A stretch of DNA of 64,000 bases from a candidate division TM6 bacterium GW2011_GWF2_28_16 (GCA_001029715.1 CP011212.1:398936-462935), one strand, 5' to 3'. Shown: positions 17,780 through 27,915, counted from the first letter of the stretch. Made by a program: numbers and translations. The notes: generated by a model not told the origin, from the letters alone.

Positions 17780-19996
17780 CTAAGAAATTTGATTAAAAAG
17801 TTGATCAGAAACTTCGCTTAATTTAATTTGTAGCGGAGGACCAGATGGATCAATAGGCTCATGTTTAAAACCAATTAAAGCAATGTTTTCTGAGCTGTTA
17901 TCTTTTTCATTCATGGGGTTCACTGTATTATCAATTCCCAGCATAGTTTCTCTAATTTGCGTTTTAATGGTTTTGACTCTGGATTCATCCCAGTTTCCAG
18001 GATTAATCTTGCCTTCAAGTCTTTTGAGAGAAGACAGGATAATACGTTTAAGGGTTTTATCTTCAAGAGTATCCAAATATTTAAGATCTTGCTGAGCTAA
18101 ATAAAAATGTTTGTTAAGTTTTAATAGAGAATAACCAAATTCTTCTTCAACTTCTGAGTTGATACTCGAACTTGGGTTGTCCCAGTCTTTTGGTTGATAT
18201 GAATATGGTAAGACATAAAGATGGGAGCTATTAGTAACTTCTTTTCGTTGATAGTCTTCCATCTGTTCTATTTCTGTTGTTCTATTTTCTGCAATTGGCT
18301 TAGCTGCAATAGTCGAGTTTTGATAAAGATCGCGATTTTTAATTGCTAATAGATATGAAAAAACTACTCTTTCTATCCAAGCTTTTTCAGTAGGAGCTAA
18401 TTTAGATAAGGTTGGAGTTTCCATCTGTTCATTGATTCCAAAAGTAAACACTCTTTTGCCTAGTTGCAAAGAAACTTGTAAATTGTGAGGGCTGACAGTG
18501 CGCTTGAAAGTAAGTTGTTTCAAGCCAACTTGAAACAATAATTTGTCCTGACCCTGAGACTGATCAAGGTTTACACTAATACCTCTTTTGGAAACAGGGA
18601 ACATTCCACCCCTAGCTTGGTCTTTGAGTTCTGTTAGCGGAGTGGTTTCATTTAAATTTAATTCAGGACGAAGAAAAGCTAAAACAGCTGCAACTTCGGT
18701 TACTTCTAATGGTTTGTTAGATAAATTAAGTAAATGAGGAAGATTGGTTCTAAATTCTGCAAGCGAAGATGGATCTAATTCGTCTAAATTATCTAGAGTA
18801 ATATTTCCTCTCCAAGTCAGAAGAATATTTTCTTGATTATTAACAGTTTTTGAGGGGAGTACAAAACCACCAAAATTGCCTTCTTTTTTTATTAGAAGCA
18901 ATTCTTCTTCCATAATGAATTCAATCAGCTTATTTGCCAAGGGATCATGAGTAAAATTGTCAGATTTTTCACAAAATGCTGTCAGATTTTGTTCTGACCC
19001 TGTCATTTTGGCAAAAGAATCTAAACCAGCCGATCTTACGTTTTTGTTAAAAATGCGGTCATCAGCTAAAGAAATAGGAGGACATTCAAAAACTTTTCTT
19101 AAAATTATTTCTTTGGCTTTTGATTTTTTGAGATTAACCCTCATTTGGGCTTGTCTCTCTTTTCTTCTAGAGCTGACATGAGTAATCGTTAATTTTCCGT
19201 TTTCATCATATTTTCCACGACTATCTACTGCTACATAAGCACTCAGGGCGTCAAATGTTTCCAGAACATACTGAGCCTGACAACGCATTTTATAGTCAGG
19301 GTGATGGAGCCGTGTAAAACTAAGAGCGTCGAACAAATTATAGGAGTTTTCTATTTTGTCGTAACCTAAGTCCTCAAATGTTTCTAAAATTATTAATTGT
19401 TTTTCGCGATCTTTACATTTTAAAATTTCTGAAGAAAGCCGATAAAGATTGCTAATAATTTTTTTGAAAGGGAGATCGTCAATTTTTGGAATGGCCTGCT
19501 CCGGAGTTCCCTTCCTTTTTCTTTTTTTATCAGTTTCGTTTTTTGGATCAAATTCTTCTTGATTAATTGATCCTCTAATTCCATTAATTCGAGATTGAGT
19601 AGCAGCATCTTTTAATAAAGGTGAGACAGCATCAGTGCCTTGATTAAAATACTCAATTTTATCTTTATGTTCTTGAAAAAATTTATCTAAAGTGTGGTCG
19701 AAAATTTGGAAATCAGACATGCCCATATTTGTTGCAAGAATCAAAGCTTCTTGGTATTTAGCACTCAACTTAGAGTTTAGACCATTTATTAGAAAAGCAA
19801 ATTCATCATGGCTGCACCAGTGTTGTTCTTTTTGATCAGAGAGAAGTTCTAAAACCTTATCTAAGATTTTTTCTTCAAATTCTTCTAAAAGAAGATAAGA
19901 ACTTTCTTTAATTCCCGCATAAATTGGCAACAGATCGGAAAATTTTTGTGCCCGCTCAATTTGTTGATAATTTTCTAGTGGCTCACTTTCGCTCAT
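17780..19996 (-). CDS. Large hypothetical protein (738 aa), orphan
   Basis: Long uninterrupted ORF with coding-like composition. Basic KRKRKGTPE patch. No P-loop, no catalytic motif recognised. Lies directly beside tRNA-Glu. Confidence 0.55.
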   Translation of the reverse strand: MSESEPLENYQQIERAQKFSDLLPIYAGIKESSYLLLEEFEEKILDKVLELLSDQKEQHWCSHDEFAFLINGLNSKLSAKYQEALILATNMGMSDFQIFDHTLDKFFQEHKDKIEYFNQGTDAVSPLLKDAATQSRINGIRGSINQEEFDPKNETDKKRKRKGTPEQAIPKIDDLPFKKIISNLYRLSSEILKCKDREKQLIILETFEDLGYDKIENSYNLFDALSFTRLHHPDYKMRCQAQYVLETFDALSAYVAVDSRGKYDENGKLTITHVSSRRKERQAQMRVNLKKSKAKEIILRKVFECPPISLADDRIFNKNVRSAGLDSFAKMTGSEQNLTAFCEKSDNFTHDPLANKLIEFIMEEELLLIKKEGNFGGFVLPSKTVNNQENILLTWRGNITLDNLDELDPSSLAEFRTNLPHLLNLSNKPLEVTEVAAVLAFLRPELNLNETTPLTELKDQARGGMFPVSKRGISVNLDQSQGQDKLLFQVGLKQLTFKRTVSPHNLQVSLQLGKRVFTFGINEQMETPTLSKLAPTEKAWIERVVFSYLLAIKNRDLYQNSTIAAKPIAENRTTEIEQMEDYQRKEVTNSSHLYVLPYSYQPKDWDNPSSSINSEVEEEFGYSLLKLNKHFYLAQQDLKYLDTLEDKTLKRIILSSLKRLEGKINPGNWDESRVKTIKTQIRETMLGIDNTVNPMNEKDNSSENIALIGFKHEPIDPSGPPLQIKLSEVSDQLFNQIS

Positions 19997-20032
19997 AATT
20001 TAGATAAAAATTAATTTAAGGATGTTTATTTG

Positions 20033-20104
20033 TGACCCCACGCAGAATCGAACTGCGGTTACAAGGATGAGAACCTTGTGTCCTAACCACTAGACGATGG
20101 GGCC
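20033..20104 (-). tRNA. tRNA-Glu (anticodon CUC)
   Basis: Reverse complement folds as a cloverleaf: acceptor GGCCCCA/TGGGGTC, D-arm GTCT..GGAC, anticodon stem CAAGG/CCTTG with loop TTCTCAT (CUC), T-arm CGCAG-TTCGATT-CTGCG, discriminator A. No encoded CCA. Confidence 0.85.
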
Positions 20105-20183
20105 GATCCAGAGATTATACCAAATTTGCCTTGATTTTGTAAACGCTACACTTCTTGTAATTTGGTTCAGTGATAATAAGTTA

Positions 20184-20927
20184 ATGATAATTATTTTATT
20201 TTTCTTAACTTTATTTTTTTCTGTTAGACAAATTGAGGCACAGAGTTTTTCTTATCAATTTATTTTGGCAAATAATTCAATTGATTTAGATTTTTTAAAA
20301 AAGTTAGAATTAAATTTAGAAGAGCAAAAGCCAAAAAATTTTCTCTCTTTTGAATATAAGTTGGAAAAACAAAATGATTTGCCCTCAGATCTTCCTTTAT
20401 TTATTGTTGCTTTTGATAAAGAAGTGCTTTTTTCAGTCGATTCCAGCTTGGCAGATAGTTTATTTCACCAGGTAGAAATAAATTTAACCAATCGAAATGA
20501 TCGAATACCAGTTTTTTATCAAAGCAATTATTTAGATGGTTTTAAGCTCACATTGGAAAATTTAATTTTTATTGAAGAGCCAATTCTTAATAAGGATAAA
20601 ACTTCAATAATTAAAGACCTAAGCGTCATTAGAGAATTAGATCAATCTCTTAGCATTATTTTTTCTCTAGAAGAAACAGAAAAAAGACAACATTCTTTTC
20701 AGCTGATTTGTCTTGATGAAGGAGGCGAAGTTACAAACTCAAATAAATTATTTAAGAATGACGACTTTCTTTGGTCTGACTTTTTTTTTACAAATTCTTT
20801 TTCTAATAAAAAAAATGAATTTATTTTTCACTTGGATAAGCTCGAATGCTCTGGGCTTGTTTATGTACTTACTGACTTTTCTATTCAGTCAGATAAAACT
20901 TCAATTATCAGAGTGGAGGACTTATGA
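20184..20927 (+). CDS. Hypothetical secreted protein
   Basis: The track ORF begins inside the tRNA. A realistic start at ATG 20184 gives a signal-peptide-like MIIILFFLTLFFSVRQIEAQ. No motif. Confidence 0.45.
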   Translation: MIIILFFLTLFFSVRQIEAQSFSYQFILANNSIDLDFLKKLELNLEEQKPKNFLSFEYKLEKQNDLPSDLPLFIVAFDKEVLFSVDSSLADSLFHQVEINLTNRNDRIPVFYQSNYLDGFKLTLENLIFIEEPILNKDKTSIIKDLSVIRELDQSLSIIFSLEETEKRQHSFQLICLDEGGEVTNSNKLFKNDDFLWSDFFFTNSFSNKKNEFIFHLDKLECSGLVYVLTDFSIQSDKTSIIRVEDL

Positions 20928-21532
20928 AGGAAATTAAATTAAATTGTTTTTCTTCGAATGAATTATGTATAAATTCTTCTTCTCTTGAAAATTTTGTAAT
21001 CAATGATCCAACAGATCAGGAATTTTCTTTGCAAATTGCAAACCATGGCAATAAGGATTGTGAGCTTAATTTATCAACAAAGAATTTCAATGAAGATAGT
21101 TTTTTTGGTCAAGTTGAGCTTTTAATTTCTAGTCAAAATGAATTATTTTTTCGAGATAATTTGGACCAGTTTTTTAAGCAAAAAATAAACCTGAGCTCGA
21201 TTAGGGCTCAATCTTCAAAAACATATTATTTTTATTTAGATTTTCTAAATTTAATAACCAATGAAGAACAATTTTCAGTTAATTTTGACTTGTTGCTTGA
21301 TTTTGTTTGCCATGAGCCAAGTAAATTAGAGGAATTGCCTAATGAAGCTAATGAACTAGAAATAGAAACGCAAGAATTTACTAAGGGAGTGGTTTTATCT
21401 GCTAGTTCTAGTGCGGAGGTGAAACAGAATCTCCCACAAGTTTTTTTGTTTTTCTATTTATTGTCGATCTTGTTTGTCATAGCTTTTTTTGTCATAATTA
21501 AATTCATTAATGGCAAAAATAAGAAAAAGTAA
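20924..21532 (+). CDS. Hypothetical surface protein with C-terminal hydrophobic anchor plus basic tail
   Basis: C-terminus LPQVFLFFYLLSILFVIAFFVIIKFINGKNKKK resembles a cell-wall or membrane sorting signal, but there is no canonical LPxTG. Confidence 0.45.
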   Translation: MKEIKLNCFSSNELCINSSSLENFVINDPTDQEFSLQIANHGNKDCELNLSTKNFNEDSFFGQVELLISSQNELFFRDNLDQFFKQKINLSSIRAQSSKTYYFYLDFLNLITNEEQFSVNFDLLLDFVCHEPSKLEELPNEANELEIETQEFTKGVVLSASSSAEVKQNLPQVFLFFYLLSILFVIAFFVIIKFINGKNKKK

Positions 21533-22430
21533 AAGTAAAAGAAACTTTTGGTTTAAATTGAGTCATTTCTTTAGACCACAAGCTTCGAACAGATATCGTT
21601 CGAAACTCCTTCATCCTCAGTCGATGTTGGTGACATCCTTTATTTTATTGGCATTTTTTGCTCTTTTTAATGCGGTTAGGTTTTTTCCTAATTTAACAGA
21701 TAAAGTTTTAGGTTTTAGCTCAAACATTAGTACTAGTGATTTGCTTGATAAGACCAATCAAGAACGCCAAAGACTAGGCCTATCTAAGCTCGTTTTAAAT
21801 GAAGAGCTCAATCAAGCGGCTTTGGCTAAAGCTCAAGATATGTTCAATGATCAGTATTGGGCTCATGTTGCTCCAGATGGCAAGCAGGCCTGGGATTTTA
21901 TCAAAGAAACAGATTATTCTTATAAATATGCTGGAGAAAACTTAGCCAGAGATTTTAATACTAGCGATGAAGTAGTTGAGGCTTGGATAGCTTCTCCCTC
22001 TCATTATGAAAATTTGACTAATAAAGATTTTACCCAGATGGGTTTAGCGATTGTTAACGGTAATCTTAAGGGTTTCAATACGACTTTGGTTGTGCAATTA
22101 TTTGCTGTGCCCTCATCTGTGGCGATGAAAGATCAGGCCGGTAGTGATTTTTATTTACCAAAGGCTGCTGAAGCAACTTTTCACGAAAATGAGCTAGTGG
22201 CTGGCGAAAAAACTGCCAATAAGGAAATAGTTTTTTCCTCGCTTAATTTTACAAAAACTTTTTTCTTATTAGTAGTTCTTTTGATTATTTTAACCTTAAT
22301 CTATGATGCTTTGATAGCTTCTAGTAGAAAGTATCAGCGTCTAGTTGGACAAAACTTTGCCCATGTTGCTCTTTTTGTTACCGTTGCTTTCTTATTAGTT
22401 TTATTCAAGGGAGGTTCGGTTTTGCCATGA
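21510..22430 (+). CDS. CAP/SCP/PR-1 domain protein, membrane anchored
   Basis: YWAHVAPDGKQAW...YAGENLARDF...WIASPSHYENL blocks match CAP-domain signatures. TM segments at both ends. Confidence 0.65.
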   Translation: MAKIRKSKSKRNFWFKLSHFFRPQASNRYRSKLLHPQSMLVTSFILLAFFALFNAVRFFPNLTDKVLGFSSNISTSDLLDKTNQERQRLGLSKLVLNEELNQAALAKAQDMFNDQYWAHVAPDGKQAWDFIKETDYSYKYAGENLARDFNTSDEVVEAWIASPSHYENLTNKDFTQMGLAIVNGNLKGFNTTLVVQLFAVPSSVAMKDQAGSDFYLPKAAEATFHENELVAGEKTANKEIVFSSLNFTKTFFLLVVLLIILTLIYDALIASSRKYQRLVGQNFAHVALFVTVAFLLVLFKGGSVLP

Positions 22431-22684
22431 AAAGTTTTCTGAAAAAAAATCAAATTGCTTATCTTTTTCTCATGATTTTATTGGTAGCTTTTATTTATTT
22501 ATTTATGAGAGCTTGGCCAAATGGACAAATGCAACGTTATATTGCGATTGCTTTTGGAGTTATTTACTTTTTTTGGGGAGTAATTACTCATACCAAGAGT
22601 AAAAGAATTAATAGCGAAATTGTTTTTGAGTATTTATCAGTTTCTATGCTGGCTATACTTGTAATCGTTTTGATTACTTTATAA
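22427..22684 (+). CDS. Small 2-TM membrane protein
   Basis: 85 aa. Overlaps the upstream stop by 4 nt (ATGA). Confidence 0.4.
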   Translation: MKSFLKKNQIAYLFLMILLVAFIYLFMRAWPNGQMQRYIAIAFGVIYFFWGVITHTKSKRINSEIVFEYLSVSMLAILVIVLITL

Positions 22685-22748
22685 TAATGGCTTGCTTTTG
22701 AAAAAGGCTCGTGTTAGTTTTGACTAGTAAAAAAGAAAGGTTGTTTAT

Positions 22749-23496
22749 TATGGCAAGTAAAGAAATGAAGGGGATTATTTTGGCCGGTGGAGCAGGAACT
22801 CGTCTTTATCCGTTAACCAAAGTAACTAGCAAACAACTATTACCAGTTTATAACAAACCAATGATCCAATATCCGCTTGAGACTTTAATAAGAGCGGGAA
22901 TCAAAGATATTTTGATTATTGTTGCTCCAGATCACGCTGGTGATTTTCTCAAATGTTTGGGCAGTGGAAAAGAATATGGTTGCCATTTCACTTATGAAAT
23001 TCAAGATAAACCAGAGGGAATTGCTCAAGCTTTTTTAATTGGTCAAGATTTTATTGATCACGACAATGTTACTTTGATTTTAGGTGATAATCTCTATGAA
23101 GACGATTTCTCGGAAGCAATCAAAACTTTTAAGAGTGGCGGGCGTATTTTTGCCAAAAAAGTTGTTGACCCACAGCGTTTTGGTGTAGTTGAGTTCAATG
23201 AAAATAATAAAGCAATCTCAATTGAAGAAAAGCCAAAGCATCCAAAATCTGAATATTCAGTAACTGGTCTTTATATTTATGATTCAACTGTAATTGAAAA
23301 AATTAAGAGTCTTTCTTTTTCAGACAGAGGTGAGCTGGAAATTACAGATCTCAATAATCTCTATCTCAAAGAAGATAAGCTCGATGTAGCCTTTGTTAAA
23401 GGCAAGTGGTTTGATACTGGAACTTTTGAATCGATGCATGAGGCTATTACTTTTGCGAGAGATCGCCACCTAGCCAAAGAAGCTCGCTCACTGTAA
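22749..23496 (+). CDS. rmlA: Glucose-1-phosphate thymidylyltransferase (sugar nucleotidyltransferase)
   Basis: MKGIILAGGAGTRLYPLT...SKQLLPVYNKPMI signature of RmlA/RfbA. The start could also be 22765. Confidence 0.85.
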
Positions 23497-23505
23497 AATA
23501 ATTTT

Positions 23506-24342
23506 ATGAAAAGATTGGTCTTTTTTTTCTTGTCTTTTTTTCTATTGCTTTCACCTGCTCGTGCTCAAGAAGTTGGGTCAACTGACAGCTCTAGTCTAAA
23601 GACTGATGGAATTTGGCAAAAAGAACGTCTTGATGAAGAAATTTCTACTTTAAAAGCAAGTTATCAATCTCAATTAGAAAATTATCTCTATCAAGATAAA
23701 CTATATAGAATTGCCTACGATCAACATCAGGAATTACAAACTTTATCTTCTATAGAAGACCTAACCCAAAAAGCCAAAAGCTTAGGAATTTATAGAGATG
23801 AAGTTTTAATTAGTTATTTAAATTTATTGAGGCTAAATTTAATTGCCACTGAGGGGATTGAACTTTCCCTTAAGAATGAATCTTTGGCTAAATTAGAAAC
23901 GACACTTGATTACATAGGTATCCATCAAGAAAATTTAAAGAACATTAATGATAGAGATCAGGTTGTGGCTTCCTTGATGACTTTTACGACTGATCAAAAA
24001 AATCTCAATAATTTAGCAAATGAAGTTCTAGTTTTATTATCAGTTGGCAACTTACAGGTGATTTATGATAAATCAGTGGTTCTTAAGGGAGAAATTGATC
24101 TTTATTTAGAACAAAAAGGCACTTCAACTTTACCATCCATAGATCGAGCTAGTTATGAAACGAATCGTAGTTTAGATTCTGCCAAGTTGAAGCTAGACAC
24201 TTTTTGGACTGATGTTATCGAGCATAGAACTAGCAATTGGTATTTAGCTAAATTTTATGATCAATTACCAAAAACTTTAAATCCTATTTATGTCAATCTT
24301 TCACAGTCAATTTCTTATTTAAGTGAATTACTAAGTATTTAA
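23506..24342 (+). CDS. Hypothetical secreted protein
   Basis: Signal peptide LVFFFLSFFLLLSPARAQE. Largely helical composition. Confidence 0.5.
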   Translation: MKRLVFFFLSFFLLLSPARAQEVGSTDSSSLKTDGIWQKERLDEEISTLKASYQSQLENYLYQDKLYRIAYDQHQELQTLSSIEDLTQKAKSLGIYRDEVLISYLNLLRLNLIATEGIELSLKNESLAKLETTLDYIGIHQENLKNINDRDQVVASLMTFTTDQKNLNNLANEVLVLLSVGNLQVIYDKSVVLKGEIDLYLEQKGTSTLPSIDRASYETNRSLDSAKLKLDTFWTDVIEHRTSNWYLAKFYDQLPKTLNPIYVNLSQSISYLSELLSI

Positions 24343-24346
24343 AAAT

Positions 24347-24706
24347 ATGTTTTCAAGAAAAGAATTTAATCAAACCAGTCAAACTGAATTCGTCGAAGAT
24401 GGAGCTTTCATAGAAAGCTCTGCACATAAAAAATTCAACTTAAGAGACTTAAAGAATAATAAGAATTTGTTACCTTTTTATATCTTAATTGCTGTCCTAT
24501 TCTTCTTCTTTTTATTAATGATTATTAAAATAATTGGCAACAAGCAGACACCAGAGGCAGAAATGATAAAAAAAGTTGAAGAAAAAATTGAATTAGATCC
24601 GCTCAGTTTGCGAGCTAATGAGTTAAGAGCAAATCTCAAAGATCATGATCCAACTAAGCAAACCCTACCATTTCCCCAGGTTGATTTAGAATTTAATATC
24701 AATTAG
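24347..24706 (+). CDS. Hypothetical single-TM protein
   Basis: 119 aa with a central TM. Confidence 0.4.
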   Translation: MFSRKEFNQTSQTEFVEDGAFIESSAHKKFNLRDLKNNKNLLPFYILIAVLFFFFLLMIIKIIGNKQTPEAEMIKKVEEKIELDPLSLRANELRANLKDHDPTKQTLPFPQVDLEFNIN

Positions 24707-24726
24707 AATGCCAAAAAAAGTAAACT

Positions 24727-25281
24727 ATGCCAATACATAAAGACTCATACTTAGAAAAATTTGAAAAAACACTAAACCACGCTCAAGATGGTTTTGCTAC
24801 TTTGCGCACTGGCAGAGCCAGCGCACAGCTTTTAGATAGTATTTTTGTTGAAGCCTATGGATCTAGAATGGCTTTGCATGAAGTAGCTTCCATCTCTGCT
24901 CCAGACACTCAGCTCTTAGTGGTTAAGCCTTGGGATAAAAATCTTTTTCCAGCCATAGAAAAAGCAATTCAGCAAGCTCAATTAAATTTAAATCCAATTA
25001 TTGATGGAGATATTATTAGAATTGCTGTGCCTTCCCTCACTCAGGAAAGAAGACAAGAAATGGTCAAAATTCTTAGTCAAAAAGAAGAAGAGGCTAAAGT
25101 GATGTTCCGTAGTGTGCGAGCTGAAATACGCAAAGATATAGAGAAACAAGAAGGGGAAGCGGGCGTTAGCGAAGATGATATTAAATCTGAAGTTATAGAA
25201 TTGGACGAGACTGTTAAAGAATACATTACTAATCTAGAAGAAATTTCTAAACAAAAAGAAAAAGAGCTTCTAAACATTTAG
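24727..25281 (+). CDS. frr: Ribosome recycling factor
   Basis: FATLRTGRASAQLLDSI, ISAPD, LVVKPWDKN and LNLNP blocks typical of RRF. 184 aa. Confidence 0.9.
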   Translation: MPIHKDSYLEKFEKTLNHAQDGFATLRTGRASAQLLDSIFVEAYGSRMALHEVASISAPDTQLLVVKPWDKNLFPAIEKAIQQAQLNLNPIIDGDIIRIAVPSLTQERRQEMVKILSQKEEEAKVMFRSVRAEIRKDIEKQEGEAGVSEDDIKSEVIELDETVKEYITNLEEISKQKEKELLNI

Positions 25282-25292
25282 CTTAGGTTTTT

Positions 25293-26405
25293 ATGGCAGC
25301 TTTGATTTTTATTCTTATTTTGTCTTTTTTAGTGATCATTCATGAGGCTGGACATTTTCTTTTTGCCAGAAAAAATCATATTAAAGTCAGAGAATTTGGT
25401 TTAGGCTATCCACCCAGAATTTTAAAATTATTTTATTGGAGGGGGACTCTTTTTTCACTTAATTTAATTCCTTTTGGTGGTTTTGTGCAGATGGATGGTG
25501 AAAATGGTCCAGAGGGAGATGAAAATAATTCTGCAGATTCTTTTTATGAGAAATCAATCAGAGCTCGCTTGCAAGTTATTTTAGCAGGAGTGACTGTTAA
25601 CTTTATTTTTGGAATTATAGCTTTTGCCATTGTTTTTTATCGCTTAGGTATTCCTACGGCTTTAGATGGCCAAGCAAGAATTCAGGATATAGCTGACAAT
25701 TCTCCAGCGATGGTGGCTGGTTTAGTGTCAAATACTAATATTTTGGCTTTTAAAACTGTCGATCAGTGGGTAGAAATGAATAGCATTTCTGAAGTTCAAG
25801 ATTTTAGTGCGGCTCATCTGGGCGAAACACTTGAAATTAGAACTTCTTTACTTTGTGACCAGGAATTTTGTACCGATGAATATAGAGAGAGCTCTATTTA
25901 TTTAAGAACAGTTGAGGAAACACCGACTAATGAAGGTGCGATGGGAATTGCTTTTAGCGATACGATTTTCAAAAGTTATCCTTGGTACTTAATGCCTTTC
26001 ATGACTATCTTCCATGCTTTTAAGCAATCAATCGCTTTAGCAGTATTAATATTGCAATCTCTTTGGCAGTTAGTTGTAGATTTATTTGCAGGAAGAGGTG
26101 TTCAGCAAGAAGTAGCTGGTCCAATTGGAATCATTGATCAAGCTAACACTTATGGGTTTTTTGAGGGCGGTTTTTTGAGCATTCTCAATTTTGCAGCATT
26201 ATTGTCTATTAATTTAGGAATTATGAATTTATTGCCAATTCCTGCGCTAGATGGAGGAAGAGCAATTTTGATAATTTTAGAAAAATTTTTCAAGAGAAAA
26301 CACATTGATAAAATTGCGCATTATCTAAATTATTTTGGTTATATTTCCCTACTTGCTCTAATGATCATTGTTTCCTTTAATGATATAAGAAACATTTTTA
26401 AATAA
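25293..26405 (+). CDS. rseP: Site-2 protease RseP family (M50 zinc metalloprotease)
   Basis: HEAGHF (HExxH) in TM1 and NLLPIPALDGG (LDG motif). Confidence 0.85.
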   Translation: MAALIFILILSFLVIIHEAGHFLFARKNHIKVREFGLGYPPRILKLFYWRGTLFSLNLIPFGGFVQMDGENGPEGDENNSADSFYEKSIRARLQVILAGVTVNFIFGIIAFAIVFYRLGIPTALDGQARIQDIADNSPAMVAGLVSNTNILAFKTVDQWVEMNSISEVQDFSAAHLGETLEIRTSLLCDQEFCTDEYRESSIYLRTVEETPTNEGAMGIAFSDTIFKSYPWYLMPFMTIFHAFKQSIALAVLILQSLWQLVVDLFAGRGVQQEVAGPIGIIDQANTYGFFEGGFLSILNFAALLSINLGIMNLLPIPALDGGRAILIILEKFFKRKHIDKIAHYLNYFGYISLLALMIIVSFNDIRNIFK

Positions 26406-26408
26406 ACT

Positions 26409-26657
26409 ATGGCAAAAAAAAGAAGTAAGAAAGATCGTCTTCGTGCTGAGGCACATCGTCTCACAAAAGTTAAATTAAAATCATCTTCTGTTCCTAAAAG
26501 AGAACAAACACCTGAAAAATCTTCCGCAGAGGAGAATTATTTAGAAAAAATTTTTGCCTATGATTCTAGCTTAATTGTTAAAGATTTAAAGAAAACTTTT
26601 ATAGTAGTGATCATTATTTTACTTGTTTTGTTAGCAATTGCTTTGTTATATACTTGA
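26409..26657 (+). CDS. Small basic protein with C-terminal TM
   Basis: 82 aa, K/R-rich N-terminus, one C-terminal TM. Confidence 0.35.
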   Translation: MAKKRSKKDRLRAEAHRLTKVKLKSSSVPKREQTPEKSSAEENYLEKIFAYDSSLIVKDLKKTFIVVIIILLVLLAIALLYT

Positions 26658-26687
26658 GACTTAGTTTAAATTTAAGAAAGGGTTTTA

Positions 26688-27884
26688 ATGCCGAAAAAGA
26701 ATTTAATAGTTGCCTTAGTTTTATATGTAGTCAGTGCAAGTTTATCTTTTGCTGCCTTCTCTTATCTCTCCAAAGATTCCTTGGCTAACTCAGTTGCTAA
26801 TAAGCAAGCTGAGGACCCAAGTCAGACCTTGCTAAGCAGTCTATTAGATATAGATCCAAATGAAGCTAAAGATCAGGTTTGTCCACTAAACGGTGCCTAT
26901 TACACTCAAACTGAAAAAACTGCTTGGGAGCAAAGGCGCCCTCTTTTTGTAATGATTGAAAATACTCCAGATTCTCGTCCTCAGGCTGGTTTAAGTCGTG
27001 CTGATGTGGTTTTTGAAGCTGTTGCGGAGGGCGGGGTAACTCGTTTTGGAGCTTTGTTTTATTGTGCTGCTCAGTATCAAGATCTAACTTTGGCTCCTAT
27101 TCGCAGTGCTAGAACATATTTTGTTGATTGGGCATCTGGTTTTAATTTACCGATGTATGTACACGTAGGTGGAGCTAATGTTTCTGGACCAACTGATGCG
27201 CTTGGACAAATTGGCGATTATGGTTGGGAGGGTGAAAACGACATTAATCAATTCTCAGTGGGTTATCCAACTTTTGTGCGCAACTACAATCGTATTCCTG
27301 GCAAAGAAATTGCTACCGAGCATACCATGGAAACAACCACTGAAGGTCTTTGGGAAGTAGCTGCTGATCGTGATTGGACCAACCTAACTCCAGCCAGAAC
27401 AGTGGCTAAAAAAGCAGTTCCCGCCGCTTCTTGGCAAAGTGCATACAAAAGTTGGACTTTCGAAAGCGATAAGGTTCCTGCTGGTTCAGTTAGCAAAGTT
27501 TCTTACGATTTTTGGACTGGCTATAATGATTATTCGGTCGAATGGAATTATGATAGCGCCACTGATTCTTATAAAAGAGTTAATGCTGGGGAAGCATTCA
27601 CTGACATAAATAACGACGAACAAGTTGCTAGCAAGACCATGATTGTTTTATTAACCACAGAAAAAGGACCAATTAATGAGAAGAAGCATATGCTTTATGG
27701 CACTACTGGTCGCGGTAGCGCTCTCATTTTTAAACATGGTCAGGCTCCAATTGAAGCCAATTGGGTTAAAGCAGATCGCGAGTCAGAGCTAGAATTCGTA
27801 GATGTCAGAGGTAAAGCAGTTGAATTAGCCAGAGGTCAGGTTTGGATTTCTGTCTTAGCGACTGGCTCTGAAGTTGTCTATTAA
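26688..27884 (+). CDS. DUF3048 (YerB-like) extracytoplasmic protein
   Basis: Signal/TM plus PLFVMIENTPDSRPQAGLSRADVVFEAVAEGGVTRF block characteristic of DUF3048. Confidence 0.65.
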   Translation: MPKKNLIVALVLYVVSASLSFAAFSYLSKDSLANSVANKQAEDPSQTLLSSLLDIDPNEAKDQVCPLNGAYYTQTEKTAWEQRRPLFVMIENTPDSRPQAGLSRADVVFEAVAEGGVTRFGALFYCAAQYQDLTLAPIRSARTYFVDWASGFNLPMYVHVGGANVSGPTDALGQIGDYGWEGENDINQFSVGYPTFVRNYNRIPGKEIATEHTMETTTEGLWEVAADRDWTNLTPARTVAKKAVPAASWQSAYKSWTFESDKVPAGSVSKVSYDFWTGYNDYSVEWNYDSATDSYKRVNAGEAFTDINNDEQVASKTMIVLLTTEKGPINEKKHMLYGTTGRGSALIFKHGQAPIEANWVKADRESELEFVDVRGKAVELARGQVWISVLATGSEVVY

Positions 27885-27915
27885 AACTAGTTTGCTTTTT
27901 TGCTATTTTTTGTTA

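Noticed and set aside
17611-17796. 61-aa plus-strand ORF between the two orphan genes
   Set aside because: It overlaps both neighbouring minus-strand genes' ends, has no SD and is of low complexity.
20097-20183. Track ORF start at 20097 overlapping tRNA-Glu
   Set aside because: The start lies inside the tRNA gene. The start was moved to ATG 20184.
19997-20200. tRNA-adjacent region as a prophage or integrative-element boundary
   Set aside because: No integrase, excisionase, transposase or a direct repeat of the tRNA 3' end was found within the window, so no mobile-element call is made.
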